A DNA stretch of 64,000 nt from Camelus ferus (GCF_009834535.1 NC_045698.1:9488001-9552000), one strand, 5' to 3'; counted from the first letter of the stretch, positions 1 to 14,148 are shown. A program made the numbers and translations. Notes: a model not told the origin generated them from the sequence alone.

Positions 1-165
1 TCTGGTTCTGTGTTTATTCATTGTGTGAACTTGGTAATTGCATTAACCATTTTGCCTCAATTTCATCTTATCTAAAATGGATTTTTAAAATATTCACCTC
101 ATAGATATTTGTTTTATTATCACCCCAAATGCCTGGCATGTAGTAATTGCTTAATTAATAAATGA
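1..165 (+). mobile_element. MIR SINE (core + L2-like tail), degraded
   Basis: tgtgtgaacttggtaattgcattaacc...gcctcaatttcatcttatctaaaatgg...cctcatag...tgcctggcatgtagtaattgcttaattaata follows the MIR consensus order. Confidence 0.75.
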
Positions 166-3100
166 CAAACATAATCACATTGTGTACTTTAAGAAGTTCC
201 TCCCAGTTGGGATATCATAACAAGTTTATCAACAATACAATAGCTTCATTGTTTTTTTTTTTTTTCTTCCTTATTTCCCACAGGAAATCTTGGTCAGCAG
301 TTAAGTATACTCAAAACTTAAAATGGTTGAGCATAAATTGGGTTTATTGTAAACACTCGAACAATTCCTACTCTCACCACTGCCTTCCCGAAGTTGATGC
401 ATAATTCATTTTGACTGAGACAAGGCAACAGCCAAATTTAAATACATATGCAGCAGCAAACTTGACAAATGACCAAAACTATAGAACTTATCTTCTGCCA
501 ACTAAAGCTTCAGAAAATACAGTCTTCACTGCATCTAGAATTTTGACCTACTGTCTCCTTCTGGAACCTCCTATATAGAGACCGTATAGGCTATGTGAAT
601 AAACTCAGGGTGTGAAAGAGGGCAGGTCATCTCTGTCAGCTGCCCCTCAACAGGTATCACACTCAATTATCATTCTTCTCTCCTTTTTTTTTTTTAAGGG
701 ATCAATCTACTCCATTGAGGTTCATGACAATGACTTATTCCCAAATACTTTACCCCTAAGTTCTCTGGGGTCATTGTGGTAAGCTTGATGCTTTTGTGGC
801 TCTTTATTCATTAAAAGAAGTATAACATTTCACCAAGTCACTGAACTGAGATGAAGGAGTGAATGTATCATGAATTCCTCTCAAACACTCATCTCTTAAC
901 TGAGAATGGGTTGAGTGCACTAAGAATAGTGTTAACTAGTGGAAATGGTCCTGCCAATTGTGGATACAAAGGGTGGTACCATTTGAGGTTAGCTGGTTAG
1001 AGATGGGTGGTTTCTCTCCTCTTAGTTTTCCTTGGAGACTTTGAAGTGGGAAATTAATTTATCCTTAATTAGGGACAGTTGGAGTCACTATGCCTTATCA
1101 GTGGCAGCTCCTTGAACACAGAGAAATTCACAGTCTCTTCTTTGAATCCTTAATAAATGTCCCCATGCTTTTCTCTCCTTACCTTAATGTCCCCAAGCCA
1201 GCGTTAAGTTCTGCACCCTCCTTGATGCCTCCTACGTGATTTTAGTCCACAAGGATGCAAAAGCCTCTAATACCATCTTGCACATTAATCGATTTTTATA
1301 CTCTTCTTTGTAATGTAGGTTAATTTTTCACATGTGAATGCCTTGCCATCCATATTTGTTCAGACTTTAACATAGCCAATGACAGGAACTCATTGGTGAT
1401 TACTTATATTTATATAAATAATGATAGAAAACAAGAGAAACTGTTTTCTAAAGACCAATGTTCAGGTAGGTCACATGATCAAAGAAAGGTCTGCAGGAAC
1501 CATCATAGGTACCAAAATGAGGAGTCACTGCCAACAAATGCCTGTCTCCCTTGAGCTGGCTCTTATCTCTGCTTCTGCCTTTGGACTTAATTCTACAGGC
1601 AAGATTTCTGCATAGAGAAGAGAAAGAAGCTATCAGTAACCTGAACTTTGGATTCTCCAAATTTAGCAGTCCAGCTGAAGGGAAAAAAACCTCTTGATTT
1701 CAGGGTCTGCCTGCCACCCTTACCCCCATTACTACTGCCAGGTGATTGGCATTGGCTTATGTTGGCCACTTTCCTATATTGTGATGGAATTCACTATGGG
1801 AATTACAGCCCCACCTGAGTCACAGGGGTCCCCAAAGTAAGGGATATTGGGAAGAAGAAAAACACAAACTTTCTATTTCTATCTTTAGCAAGAGACATTG
1901 GAGCTTCATTCATATTAACACATTATTTTATTATCTGACATATCTTGAGTACACTGTTCTAAAAGTAGTGATGTAATTATTTTATATTCAATTCTCATGA
2001 AACCCTACCATCCCTTAGTTGTAAAACTTCACCTGAAATACTTCCATCTTGCCCTATGTACAATACACCAGGGAGTAAGGACATATTGACTGAACTCTGC
2101 TCCAAACTGTCTCACAATAAATAGTACTGTCCTTGGGAAAGCTGTGCATAGCAGACAGTGTTTGTGAAGGGCCTGCAGGATCACATTTCAGCCATTTTTT
2201 TCTGGCTTCTTATCCTACTGTATTTTCCATTTCCCTGCCTTGAGTTCTACTAACTTTCACCAAGAAATGAGTAATTAAACTTTATAATGATGGAAGACCC
2301 ATGAATAATCTGACATCTTGCCATCTTGAGCAGTAGCCTTGAAAGATTCGTGCATATCAAAGCTTTATGTCATTCCTTGTATGCCTTCAAATCTACTAAA
2401 GCATGTCCTTTTATTCAAATTCTTGCTAATGATGATAAATACTACCCAAACACGCCAACACCCTGAGTAATTTTTGGCCAAATCCACTAAAGCTTCAACT
2501 TTTGAGACTATTTCCTAAGTTCCAAGAATTGAGCAACTGTTGAACTTTGCTAACATTTAGCAAAGATAGCCAGTAACCCCAACCACATGGAAATTCTCCA
2601 CAACACCACTGTTTAAAGAGCTTTACATTTTAGTACATTACACTTATAACACTCCCTCCTGGTTCCAGTGTTTAAATTGGTTAAGACCATTTTATTTTCA
2701 GGTATAAGAACCTATAATATTTTAAGCTAGAGGATTAGTTCACATATTTATGATGAACACTTGGAAGAACTAAAGTAAACACGGCTTTAGGAACTGAAAG
2801 TAGAATTCAACACCACTGGGACTCACTCTCCTGTTTCTTAGCTCTTTTAAAATTAATTCTGAATGTACACTATCTTCAGGGAGTAATACAGATCAATGCT
2901 TGAGAGTCTCTCATTCACATTCTCTCATCTTAGCAATCCTAGATGAAGGAGAGGTCAATTATCTCCTTATTTCTTACCAAAGAAAGACTTAGATTCACTT
3001 TATCTGAGTCATATGCCCACTCTTTCATTGGTCACTGTTTTCAGAAATACAAAAGCTTATGACTAACAAGGTTAGAGCCATATTCTCTTTCCCATGGACT

Positions 3101-3299
3101 GGTTGAGGGGTGTCTACCTATAATGTCAACCTTATTAGAATCATATAAAAGAAAGGAAAGAAGTAAAGGCTTCCCCCAAAAAAACATTAAATAAGTTTTT
3201 CTACTATTCCCTACTTGAATTTTTACATATTAAAGTGAATAATAACAGATTACACTTATGAAATCCTTTTACAGTTACAACACTGACTATGAGTTAACT

Positions 3300-3450
3300 T
3301 AGTCTAACAATAATCGTCTAAGGTAGGTATTATAATTATTACCACTTTTCAGGTGAGGAATCTGAGTCTTTGTAAAACAGAGCAAGTTGTCTAAAACTTC
3401 AAGTCTAGGAAATAGCAGGGTCTGCATGAAACTCAGATTTCTCTGACCCT
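3300..3450 (-). mobile_element. MIR SINE fragment
   Basis: aggtaggtattataattattaccacttttcaggtgaggaatctgagtct...aagttgtctaaaac is the antisense MIR core. Confidence 0.7.
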
Positions 3451-4837
3451 TCAGCATCATGATTAAACAAACCAGTTTGTATGTCTTAGGGGCCAACAGT
3501 TAGTAGCCTGGACATTAAATGGATCGAAATTTGTTTCTCAGCTCTACCAACTACTGGCTATGTGATTTTGGGATTAGCCCATCACACGGCACAGAGAAAT
3601 CACAGAAACATTTATTTAATAAAGGAATGGATTTGTATTTTATGATTTTCTATCCTGATACATACTTAGAAACTGAATTATGGCTTCTAAAGTCCTAAAT
3701 AAGAAGTGAATATAAAAGAGTTAAGTGTCTATCTCTGAAGGTGATAAAATGAAACCTTAATCAGGATAGCTAGAAATTTTCAAATCTCTCTGATTATACT
3801 TGTAGACTGAATATACCATTTATAATCTGTTTATGTTTTTTTTTTCTTTCAGATTGCTTCTATAATTATATCTTGTGGCAAGATAAATATGCTCATTTTT
3901 TTTTCCCATTAAATGAAAGAGAAGGAAGATATGTGATAACAAATTAGGTGGAAGTTGATTCTGGCATGCTGAGAATTTGGGCTGGAAGCAGATAGCCTGG
4001 GAAGAAAATAAGCTGGAATTAGTGCTATAATTTGGCTTCTCTTTACATGGGTTAGAAATGGCCACAGAAAATGGGATGAACTGGATTAAGAATTAACAGA
4101 CTTGGACTCATATTTTCTTACACCTCTTTATTACTCAACATATGCCTCACATGCATGCTATCAAAATGCAAGCTTTTTATCTTATTTCTGCCAAAACGTA
4201 ATCTTGCTGAAGTGTAGACATAGCCTTGTAGTGACTTTACTTCCGTATCCAAATCAACTGAGAAGCATGTAATTACTACTCTCAGTCTATTTGGGGCCAG
4301 AATCCTGATCAGACATACGGGTGTTACACACATACACACATCTATTACTCTCCTTGCTCTATTTAGCTGCTTTACTAAAAGCAAAAGGAAACTGTTAAAA
4401 GCAGAAAAACTTTTCCAAACTACTGTTATTACTCAACGTTTTCTATTCCTATCAATATGTATCCATATAACCTGATGTTTCCTCTGAATTGACTTTTTTT
4501 TGGCACATGTAAAAGATAATTGCTGTCTTCTTAGCAGTCATCAATATACAGATAAGTGAAAATTCACGAAATATTCACAAGTGATATGGTCATTCTAAGA
4601 GTGCATCCTTAATCCAAATGAAACTGAGCGTCATTTAGTTGGTGCCTTTGATTTATCATATCAAAAAGGGAATATTTTTAGTTTTTTCTGTGTTTTGTGG
4701 ATATCTAAATTACCTTCACTTTGCTTGAGATAGCATAATCTAGCAATATTTTTAAAAAGACATGATACATTAAGAGTAGTTATAAGTTATGAACTATCTT
4801 ACAAAAGGGCTGAGTCATTCAAAGGTGTTTTCTAGAC

Positions 4838-5030
4838 CAGCACTGTCCAATAAAACCTACTGTGATATGAAAATGTTCTATGTCCGGTCTGTCCAATGTG
4901 GTAGCCATTAGCCATGTATGGCTATTGAAAACTTAAAGTTGTCTAGTGTGACTGTGCAGTAGAATTTTTAATTTAATTTAATTTTAATTAAAATGACTTG
5001 TACAGTTATTAGCTACCATATTTAACACAA
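4838..5030 (+). mobile_element. MER3-like hAT-Charlie MITE, near full length
   Basis: Begins cagcactgtccaataaaacc, has internal gtagccattagccatgtatggctattg and an AT spacer, ends gctaccatatttaacacaa; flanked by degenerate 8-bp hAT-type TSD ttctagac (4830-4837) / ctttagac (5031-5038). Confidence 0.85.
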
Positions 5031-5169
5031 CTTTAGACAGACATTTTCTGTATTTTACTATGTCCTTCCTTTTCAGAAAAACATACCTTGAGCGTTCTAT
5101 GAGTTGTCCTCAATTTCTACGTCCACCACCTGAATCCATCTTTTACATAATCATTAGAATAGTCTTCCT

Positions 5170-5280
5170 TTGTTCAGCATTCAACAAGTGTTAATTGAGA
5201 GGCTGTTACGTAACAGGTCTCATGCTACACAACAGCCGAAGATCTATAAACCAAAGTAGCACAGTTCTTGTTCTCATTCC
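5170..5280 (-). mobile_element. LINE-2 3' end fragment
   Basis: cattcaacaagtgttaattgagaggctgttacgtaacagg...acagttcttgttctc resembles the antisense L2 tail. Confidence 0.55.
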
Positions 5281-7142
5281 GAGTAAAAACCCACTGGTTA
5301 AGGAATACGCAAAGCACCATGGGCCGTTTTAATCAAGTTACTTCCCTTTCCAAAATGTTCTATAGTTCTCTATTGCCAATCTCATGAAAACCAGAGCTGA
5401 ACACTGGAACTCAACTTTAATATGGTTCTTTTCGATTTTTCTATTTCTCAGTCAGATTGAATAATAAGTAATTTCCTAAATTTTCCCACCTTCATCACTG
5501 TTGAGACATCCTCTAATATTTGACCCTTGAAATTTTCTTCTTATTCACCTTTCAAAGTTCTCATCAAAAGCCACCTTTTTCGGGGAGGAATTTCTTATTT
5601 ACCTAATGAAAACTTAGAATTAGCCTCTGGAGAGTTTATATTACCATATAGATACAGGTTTTCATTATCAACTTGGATTCATGATAGTTCAGTGTTAGTT
5701 GTGTGCTAATTTGGAATTGACATAGAAAAGACAGAACATAATCCTTAGAGAAGCCATTTTTAAAATCAAACTGACAAGATGAACAAAAAAAATGAGTCAG
5801 TAGTCTAACGCTTCTTCTTTCACAATAGAGAGCTGTGATTTTTTTTAAAGTCCAATTTACTAAGTTGATCTATGCGTTATATATGTTAAAAGTAGGAAAA
5901 TGAAAACTAATGGATAATAAACTTGATTATCCAACATACTCTTCTCACTTTCCATTCAGAAAATAAGTCCTGACAAAGTGGAAAGTCTGGGAGAAATGCC
6001 AACCTGCAAATTTCGATAAGCCACTTTGATTGTGTATAATTTCTGGTATCTTATACTCCTATGGGACACTTCTATTCTATGTCAAAAGTAAATACTGCTA
6101 ATTGATCCTTGTCCAATCACCCAATCTGAGCTTTTCCATTAATCTTAGAGTATTGTGCAGTTGCTACAAGCTAATTTTTGCATAGTGTCTTAGTATTAAC
6201 ATACTTCCATATATCACATATTAATGTGAGCCCACAACTCATGTACATTTTTAAAGAGAAAAAATATACTTTAAGATGTGCTGTGCAAGGTCAAAAAGCA
6301 TGCTAGTGAGGAATTATATTCACTACCTCAACATTTCAGTCTATTATTTGGTCTCTTCTTTCATTCAATCTCCCCTTTTCTCCTCTCTCCTCCTCTTACT
6401 CTGTTTCTATAGATAGATAAATAAATAGAGACAGAGACAGGTGTGAAGATATTGATCCATGCATGTGTTCTGCGTGAGGATAATTTTTCAATTAAAATGG
6501 ATAAAATTGTTTTTAAAGCAAAGAATATACAATAATTTTTGTACTAGTTAGATGAATTCCAGGTAAGGAAAAATTTTGTATACATATACTTTCATACACT
6601 GCTTTTGAATTGGGACACAGAAGTACCATGTCTGTTGTATAAAATATACAGTGATAACTTGTGCAAGATAAATAACCTTAACAAAATTTCTAAATCCCCT
6701 CCTGTAGAAATAATCATGACTCCTACCTCACATTTTTTAAATTAATAGCTTTTTGACAGTGAAGTCAGATCATACAGCTTTGGCTCTCGTGAAAAAGGAT
6801 AATAACATTTTAAGATCTAAAATTTCCTTTCAAATGCTTGGCACATTACTCCATGATGGGAGCATATACATATCCATATACTTTTCTCTCTACAGAGTTT
6901 TAATTTTGTTTCAATGCTTCTCAAGTTCATTTTTCTTTATATACTCGTTAGCTTACCGTTCAGTATAATAAATTTATTTTTTCTTTTTCAAAAGTTTTCA
7001 GCATAGGAATAGGGTTTTAAAGTTACAACTCTAGGAGTATACTTTTTGCAAAGAGAAAAAAATTAATTAAGAATATTTTCCTAACCTAATGGTTTCATGA
7101 TGATTCAGCGATCTTAGAAGGTGGCAACTATGAGAAGAATAC

Positions 7143-7536
7143 TGTGATAGTCACTAGCGTTGCAAATATTGCCTCTCCTTCCAGGGACATCGAGGCATTT
7201 CAGTTCCTGGTTCCTCGCCTGTTGACCAGAGCCATGTGACTAATTTTGGTCAAGTCGTGAGGGAAAAAAACATATAACTTTTCAGCCAAGGATTTTGCTG
7301 TCAGTGCGTTACTCCCAGGCTATGCTTTCTTTATGCTGCAGAATCTGGCCAAGATCTGGATGGTGAAGGGTCCATCAACTTTGTCCCAAAGTGAGACTGT
7401 GTATAGTACAGAACAGAGCCACCTGCCAACCCATGGTAGACATGGAGAGCAAGAGGAACAGAACATGGTTCTTTCAGGCCACTGAGATTTTGGGGTTGTA
7501 TGCTACAGCACCAAATGGCCCAGCTGTACTAATACA
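7143..7536 (+). mobile_element. MaLR solo LTR (MLT1I/J-like)
   Basis: TG...CA termini (tgtgatagtc...actaataca); gagccatgtgactaattttgg; 3' motif gccactgagattttggggttg...tacagca typical of MLT1. Confidence 0.8.
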
Positions 7537-9182
7537 GTTGTGACTGATGAAAAACACTGGTTTCATTCATTGCCTGGGCATCTCCTTTAGAGCAGAAATA
7601 TGAGACACATATATTCTCTCTTCATTACAAACGTACACAAGTGGGTGAGAAAGGACCTAATACCTGTTCTCACTCTCTTCTTCCTCTGTATTAATACCCA
7701 GGATACATTCGTACATACCTCAACTTTTCCCCATACCTTCCAACCTAGAACTTTATCTTTTTTTCTGTCAAACATATTCCATTTAGAAACACATCACAGC
7801 CTATATTTAGTATAAATGGAAACTAAATTAGCTTTGAAAATATCTGTCAAACCCAATAAACTATGTAAAGCAGTTCATGACAAAACTGTGTTTGATCTTT
7901 GCATAATTGTAATTTTTGCTTAGTAGTTCCAAGTCAAACCAAATGCTAAAATCTACTGGATCATCCTAAAACTATAGAGTAACTTGTTTATTTAAAATAT
8001 TTTATAGTACGTTCTATTTCTCAGTTACAGAACAGAGTACCATGGTGAGAAAACAATATATAATATTAGCTGTTGTGAATCTCCATGAAAACATTGAAAA
8101 TTCCTAATTTATTGAGTTAATGTATTTGAGCCATATGGTATATTATACATTTATATAAATTATACAAAGATACATTATATAAAATGTAAATTATATAGAT
8201 ACATATATTGGTATTTATGTATTATTTATACATTATACAGAATATGCAACATTGGTGTCATTATCATTATCATTATCAAGAAATTAAAAGGCATGATTCA
8301 TTTCAGAAATCACTTAGGTTCACATGAATAGCTGGTGGTAAAATAAGAGCCCATTTTTACGTTCTGTCTGTAAATTCCTCTTCCTCTGCATAGAAGAAAT
8401 CAATTTCTTTATAAAATTTCTTGCAAGAAAAATATTCTACAGTGCAGGCATGTTTTTTCTTAGAAGCAGGAAGAGAATTTATATCCTAGGTCAGACAGTG
8501 AATGTGAGTGAGTGAGTGAGTGTCTTGCAGATAGCAGAGTCTGTGCTGCGGCAAAGCCAGAAAGAACACAGACTTCAGCTTTCATGTGTGCCCACTGCCT
8601 GTTTTCACTCTCTGCCTCTAGGAAGCATCCCCTCTCCTTTCCCCACCTTTATGTTCAGGCTGCATGCTGTCCAGCCATGTCAGGGCTCACTCGTCTTGTG
8701 TATTTGCCGTGGTTCTCCAAATTGCCAGATCATTCGTGACACTGCAGGAGTGGACACATTTTTTTAAAAAAATACTGAATCTCAGAGTTTCAGCCATTTC
8801 AAATGCTCCTCAAGCAAATCTTCTGTAAGAGCAGACAGATTTGGAATAAGCCCTTGGAGACTAACAGTAATATTGAGGAGAAGGAGGAGGAGGAGGAATA
8901 AGAAGAAGAAATAGAAAATATCTTTAGCGTGGAGATTTTACTACTTTGCTGACCAGAGAGGAAGGTATTTTGGTATGTTTAAATATATTTAAATATACTT
9001 TGAAGATACTTCGTGATCTTTTAAATATCTCCTAATAGATGCTCACCTAGCCTGTGAGGCTACACCAGCCATACACAAGTGCTAGATGACTATCAGTATT
9101 TGTACTAGTGTTAGTGATACTTATTCTAGAGACAAGGGGCGTCTGCCTCTCCCACTCAGTCACATCCTCACATTCCATAGAA

Positions 9183-9305
9183 AAGTGATTCTTAAACTTA
9201 TATTCACAAGTATTACCTGGGAACCTTGTTCAACGTGCAGAGTCAAGGCTCCACCTTCCACAGACCTGGATTCGGAGGGCTGGTGTGCAGCCGAGGAATG
9301 TGGTG
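9183..9305. mobile_element. MER5-like hAT MITE fragment
   Basis: aagtgattcttaaact...attacctgggaaccttgttcaacgtgcagagtc...gcagccgaggaatg resembles MER5A/B. Confidence 0.5.
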
Positions 9306-9439
9306 ATTACCCTTTTTCTTGGGGGAAGAAACGAAACAGCGAGGAGAACTATATGAAGTCATATTTCTCTCTGTTGTTATTTTGGCTTCCTGGAGGATCC
9401 ATAATATGTGAAATAGGATAAATAGCCCTAACGCACTGG

Positions 9440-9680
9440 GAGAATGAAAATCATAGAATCTGCTGTCAAAGATCTGAATGCAAAACCCAGCTCAGCCACA
9501 TTTGCATGGTGGGCATTTAGGCAAGTTATTTCAACTTCTGAGACAGTTTCTTCATTTATAAAATAATTTAAAAAAAAAAAAGCCAAAACAAAACAAGACT
9601 ATCTCATAGGTTTGTTATAACAATTGAATAACATAGTCACAGATAACAGTGGCTACCTAGTCCATGGTAGGCATTTTTTA
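9440..9680 (+). mobile_element. MIR SINE
   Basis: gtcaaagatctgaatgcaaaacccagctcagccac...ggcaagttatttcaacttctgagacagtttcttcatttataaaat...ctcataggtttgtt. Confidence 0.7.
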
Positions 9681-10869
9681 AAGTTTATTTAAATACTTGC
9701 CCATTTCTCTTGTTACTTTAAGATTTTTCCATTTTAAACCTACAATGTTCACCTAATTCTAATAAAACTTGCTTTCCACTTAATTCTCTTCTGAAGCAGT
9801 TCTGGGAAGATTTAAGTTGGCATTTTTCCTAGCTGCATGCAATTTTGACTGTCCAGTCAATTAGCAGCCAGAATAAATAGTGTATAAATGTGGCTCCCAG
9901 TTATGTTTTGGGTTCTTTAACTCCAGAGGTGAATGTAACTCTTCTTTCAAAATGCAACAAGCATTCTTCATGTGACAAGGTCCCGATGCTCTTTGTTTTT
10001 TTCCAGTGAATGGAACTGTGATTGCCCTTCATGGATGAAACGTTTTATAGAGTTTTATTTTGCTTTCAGGGTGTTGTTGGAAAACAAACTATTTAACCTT
10101 CCTTTGGAGTCAGGTCCCTGACGGGTGAAGGAAGGCTGGTAACCATGGGTAAATAGGATAGTGAATGGCTCAAGGGGATAATTGGTGAGGGAAAACCAAG
10201 CCTTTCAGCTCCAGGTCACCAATTCCAATACATATCAGGTCAGCAGTAATCAAAGGTGTGAGGGATTTTATACATTCTTCTCTGGTTCTTGCTAGATGGA
10301 GGGTTTATGTCAGAAAAGCATCTCCAGAAGTGACAACCTCAGCACAGAAGACACACTTTAATTGACATGGAAGAACAGCCATCATTCCATCATTATAGGC
10401 TGCCAAGCCCAATCAGGGTGAAGACCATTCCATACAAATCTCTCTGCCTTCCCAGGGACGCATGCCATGGAATGACCAGAGTGGCACTTGAAAAAGGAGC
10501 TCAGAAAGTGGACAGTGAAAAACATAATGAAGACACTGCTACCTTATACCTTGGATAATTAACGCCCAATGTTAGGTTGCCCAACCGTGGGTCAGCAGTT
10601 GTCCATGATTTGAAGGTATTTCAAATTTCTTCCCTCCATACTCTCCAATGCTAGGCACTATTCCAGACGTCGCTACCTCATTTTCTAAGAAAAGATGCTG
10701 ATTGTCTCTCTTATAATTTTCTCCCCACAAATTTGGAAGATTTGTGTAATTTTTGCATTCCTGTGATTATTGATCACAGATTACAACAGTACTCTTGAGG
10801 ACAATACATCAAATAGAGCCCTTCACTAGTTGGAAATATTTTAGTTTAATAAGTGTCACTATTTCACGG

Positions 10870-11080
10870 AAAAGACATTGAAGACTGACAGGCCTGGAGT
10901 TGAATCGCTACTCAATATTCCCTGTGTAATGATTCAACCTTTACAAACCTCCACTTTCTGCATTTGTCAAGTGGTCATAATAATGCCAGTCCTACAGGGT
11001 CATGGTAAGAATGTGCTATACCTATAAAGTGTTTTTTTAAAGACATATTTCATAAAAGATACCCAATAAATGTTAGTTTC
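10870..11080 (+). mobile_element. MIR SINE
   Basis: gacaggcctggagttgaatc...ataataatgccagtcctacagggtcatggtaag...caataaatgttagtt. Confidence 0.65.
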
Positions 11081-12824
11081 TTTACTTCTATTAGCGAATG
11101 TAGAAATAACAAAAACGTTTTCACAGCTTTATCATGTTGGGTCCACTTAAATATGTGAGACATTGTACCACGGCTCTGAGGTTTCCTCCTTTGTGGGGGA
11201 TGCAAGCCTGTCCCAACAGGGCAGTTTCTATCAGGTGTAGGAAAATGTCTTCTCATTGGAGAACCACAGAATAGAGAAGTTGAATGAAGCACAGTTAAAA
11301 ACCACGGGAAAGTAGTTTGCTGGGTGAGTCAAGACTGACATTTTATGAATGATTGATAAAATTATAATAAGCTCTTATATTTCAGTATATCCATGTGCAA
11401 TATTGATCATTTTGTCAATAATCAGGTACATAAAAGGAACAAATTCAAATAATGATTGGTTAATTCTCTAGACAGAGTCAGGAATAAATAGTCCAGGGTA
11501 GTGGATATCTTACAGGTGCCACGCTGATACATGGTACCATGGGTAGTTGGAACCCTGTTGTGTGGCCTTAGTGAGCCATTTAGCTTATCTGTGACTAACA
11601 TGTTAGATTAAATAAATAATATTCAAAATCCTTTCTAGCTATAAATATATCTCAATATTTGCTATTATTGATGGGAAAGATAATTAAATTTTGCTGCTTG
11701 CTCTATTGTATTTCTTTGGCTATGGTTGACTTAAAATTAATTTATTTCATACTCTAAGCAGTAATTTAATCATGCAGAGGTATTGTAGTAAAGTTGTCTT
11801 ATGTTGCATCACTTACTTTATCACTAACTTTGCCTGATAATTTTCAATTTCAAAAATGCATGCTATCAATAGTTACAGAGCACTAGAAGAACACAGCTTA
11901 GTGTTCTAAAGCCAGGTTGATTTTATGGCACAGACAATAAGATTAGTGCTCACCTGACAAGTAATCCCAATAAATTTTGACAAGAAAATCACTAAGAATA
12001 AATACATGCCCCCATATTTATTCTGTTCTGACTATAAATATACTTTTAAAGAATATATAACAATTTCTTTGACAACATCCTTGATGTTTTAGCTACCAGT
12101 TTATAAATCATATAGGAATTTGACAGTTACAATACTAAAGTGCCTATGTAGCATGTAGAAATGGAACATCCAAGCCAACCTTAATACTAAAGAAAGATAA
12201 TAGTTATATGAAATAGTATTATTATAATTTATTAGAACTTTTTTCCAGTAGGAAGGAAACTTCCAGAATCAGTCAGTCAAGAAATAGAACTTGTCCTCAC
12301 CCAGTGTCTTAGATATATTTCCCCTTCCTTTTTATTACATATTTTAGGAATTTCCATTAATTATTTTTAGAAATATGATGTTGGCTAACATAAATTTATT
12401 CTTTAAATCAACCTATATTAAACATCTATATGTAAAAAAGTCTATACTTAGTGCTAAATATATTTTAGTATAAATTAGACACAATTCCTTCACCTGAAGG
12501 AATTTTGTGTTCAGAATTGATGAACACAGTACACTGTTAATGGACTTCTAGGTTTACAGTATATGGCAGATACACCATTCATTGCCCATGCATTGGTTAC
12601 CCACACTCACACACACAATGACTTCTTAAAAAATAAATCTCTGGAGGGCGTAGAGTTACCTTGTACAAAAGAGAAAGTTCTACCCCAAGACCGAGAGATA
12701 AGTTATGATGGTGATAAACTAGTTGCATTATCTCATTCTTGGTTGTCATTGATTTGTCTAAGATTAGCTATGTTTTTCTGTTCTAATAAAATATAAGAAG
12801 AAATCTGCTGAGGAAGCATGCTCC

Positions 12825-12995
12825 TGTTAAATCAGAAACAATGAAAGCTCTGAGATTTCGCCTACTTTCAAGCTAACAAGTTATCCTGCCACATTTTGAT
12901 ATACATTTTCAAATGTACGACAGAAAAGTGCAAGATCTCTGGGTCAGAGAAAGATATCATTTAATACTCATGTCAAAATGAAGCAGCCAGAGAAA
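12825..12995 (-). mobile_element. ERVL-class LTR 3' end (MER70/MER54-like), truncated by the L1 copy at 13003
   Basis: ctgagatttcgcctactttcaagctaacaagttatcctgccac...ctgggtcagaga...ttaatactca is the reverse complement of the LTR 3' end also seen at 31255-31389. Confidence 0.6.
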
Positions 12996-13002
12996 TAACA
13001 TT

Positions 13003-13625
13003 TTTTGCATGGTGAAGGAAACCATCAACAAAATGAAAAGGCAAGCTACTGAATGGGAGAAAATATTTGCAAATGATATATCCAACAGGGGTTAATATCC
13101 AAAATATATAAAAAAACTCACACAACTCAATATAAAAAATATCCAATTTAAAAATTGACAGAAGACTTCAATAGTCATTTTTCCAAAAAGGACATACAGA
13201 TGGTCAACAGGCACATGAAAAGATGCTCAACATCACTAATCATCAGGGAAATGAAAATCAAAACCACAATAAGATATTACTTCACACCTGTTAGAATGGC
13301 TATTATCAAAAAGGCAACAAAAAAACAAGTGTTGGGAAGGTTGTGGAGAATAGGGAATTCTTGTACATTGTTGGTGGAAATGGAAACTGTTATAGCCACT
13401 ATGGAAAACAGTATGGAGTTTCCTCAAAAAAATTAAAAATATAACTGCCTTATGATCCAGCAATTTCATTTCTGGGTATTTATGCAAAGAAAACAAAAAC
13501 ACTAATTCAAAAAGATACATGCACCCCTATTTCATTGCAGCGTCATTTACGATAGCCAAGATAAGGAAACAACCTGAGTGTCCACTGATAGATGAATGGA
13601 TAAAGAAGACGTGAGATACAGACAT
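13003..13625 (+). mobile_element. LINE-1 ORF2 C-terminal fragment lacking 3' UTR and poly(A); near copy of 17404-18020
   Basis: ORF 13155-13436 gives [45 protein letters not shown], typical L1 ORF2p C-terminal sequence; frameshifted. Confidence 0.95.
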
Positions 13626-14108
13626 ACATATTATATATATATATGTATGTATTTACTAGAGTTAGATTCAGTAGAATTAGATACCAGTGATTTTACCTTA
13701 TGGCCACCTTTGTTATCCAGCCAAATGACACCAACCAGTTCTATCCGGCACATTTAAATAGAACAGTGTTGTTATTGAGGAAACTTTATGATTGTTTGTT
13801 TTGCTTTGTTTTTAATAACCACTGTGAAACAGTGGCTTTATAAAACGCAAATATTAAGTACTAATACATTAAAATTAAAAAATGAAACTATAATCCCCAA
13901 ATATAATACAAGTGTCAGCAGACAAATATCAATAAATGTTGAACAAACATACCATGGAGAAAAAAATAATTTAAATATCGTAAGTTTTGTTTATTTAAAG
14001 TGTGCATAAGGACAAACAATAGAGAAAAATGCTGTTGCACGTAACTTTTTGTCATTCTATAGCCATAATTTTCCCCAAGTTATGAAGTACAAATTTACCC
14101 ATGCTAAA

Positions 14109-14148
14109 CACACACATACACACACACATACACACACATACATATATG
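14109..14148. repeat. Interrupted (CA)n microsatellite
   Basis: cacacacatacacacacacatacacacacatacatata. Confidence 0.9.

Noticed and set aside
1370..3200. Possible very old MLT1J/K-type LTR remnants (~1370-1800, ~2690-3200)
   Set aside because: Too degraded to give boundaries or family by eye
1816..5800. Several AP-1 TGAGTCA motifs
   Set aside because: 7-mers expected by chance, partly inside old repeats, not tightly clustered
13155..13436. ORFs with L1 ORF2p-like translation (also 17572-17835, 24517-24910, 28937-29227)
   Set aside because: Short, frameshifted remnants of dead LINE-1 copies, not genes
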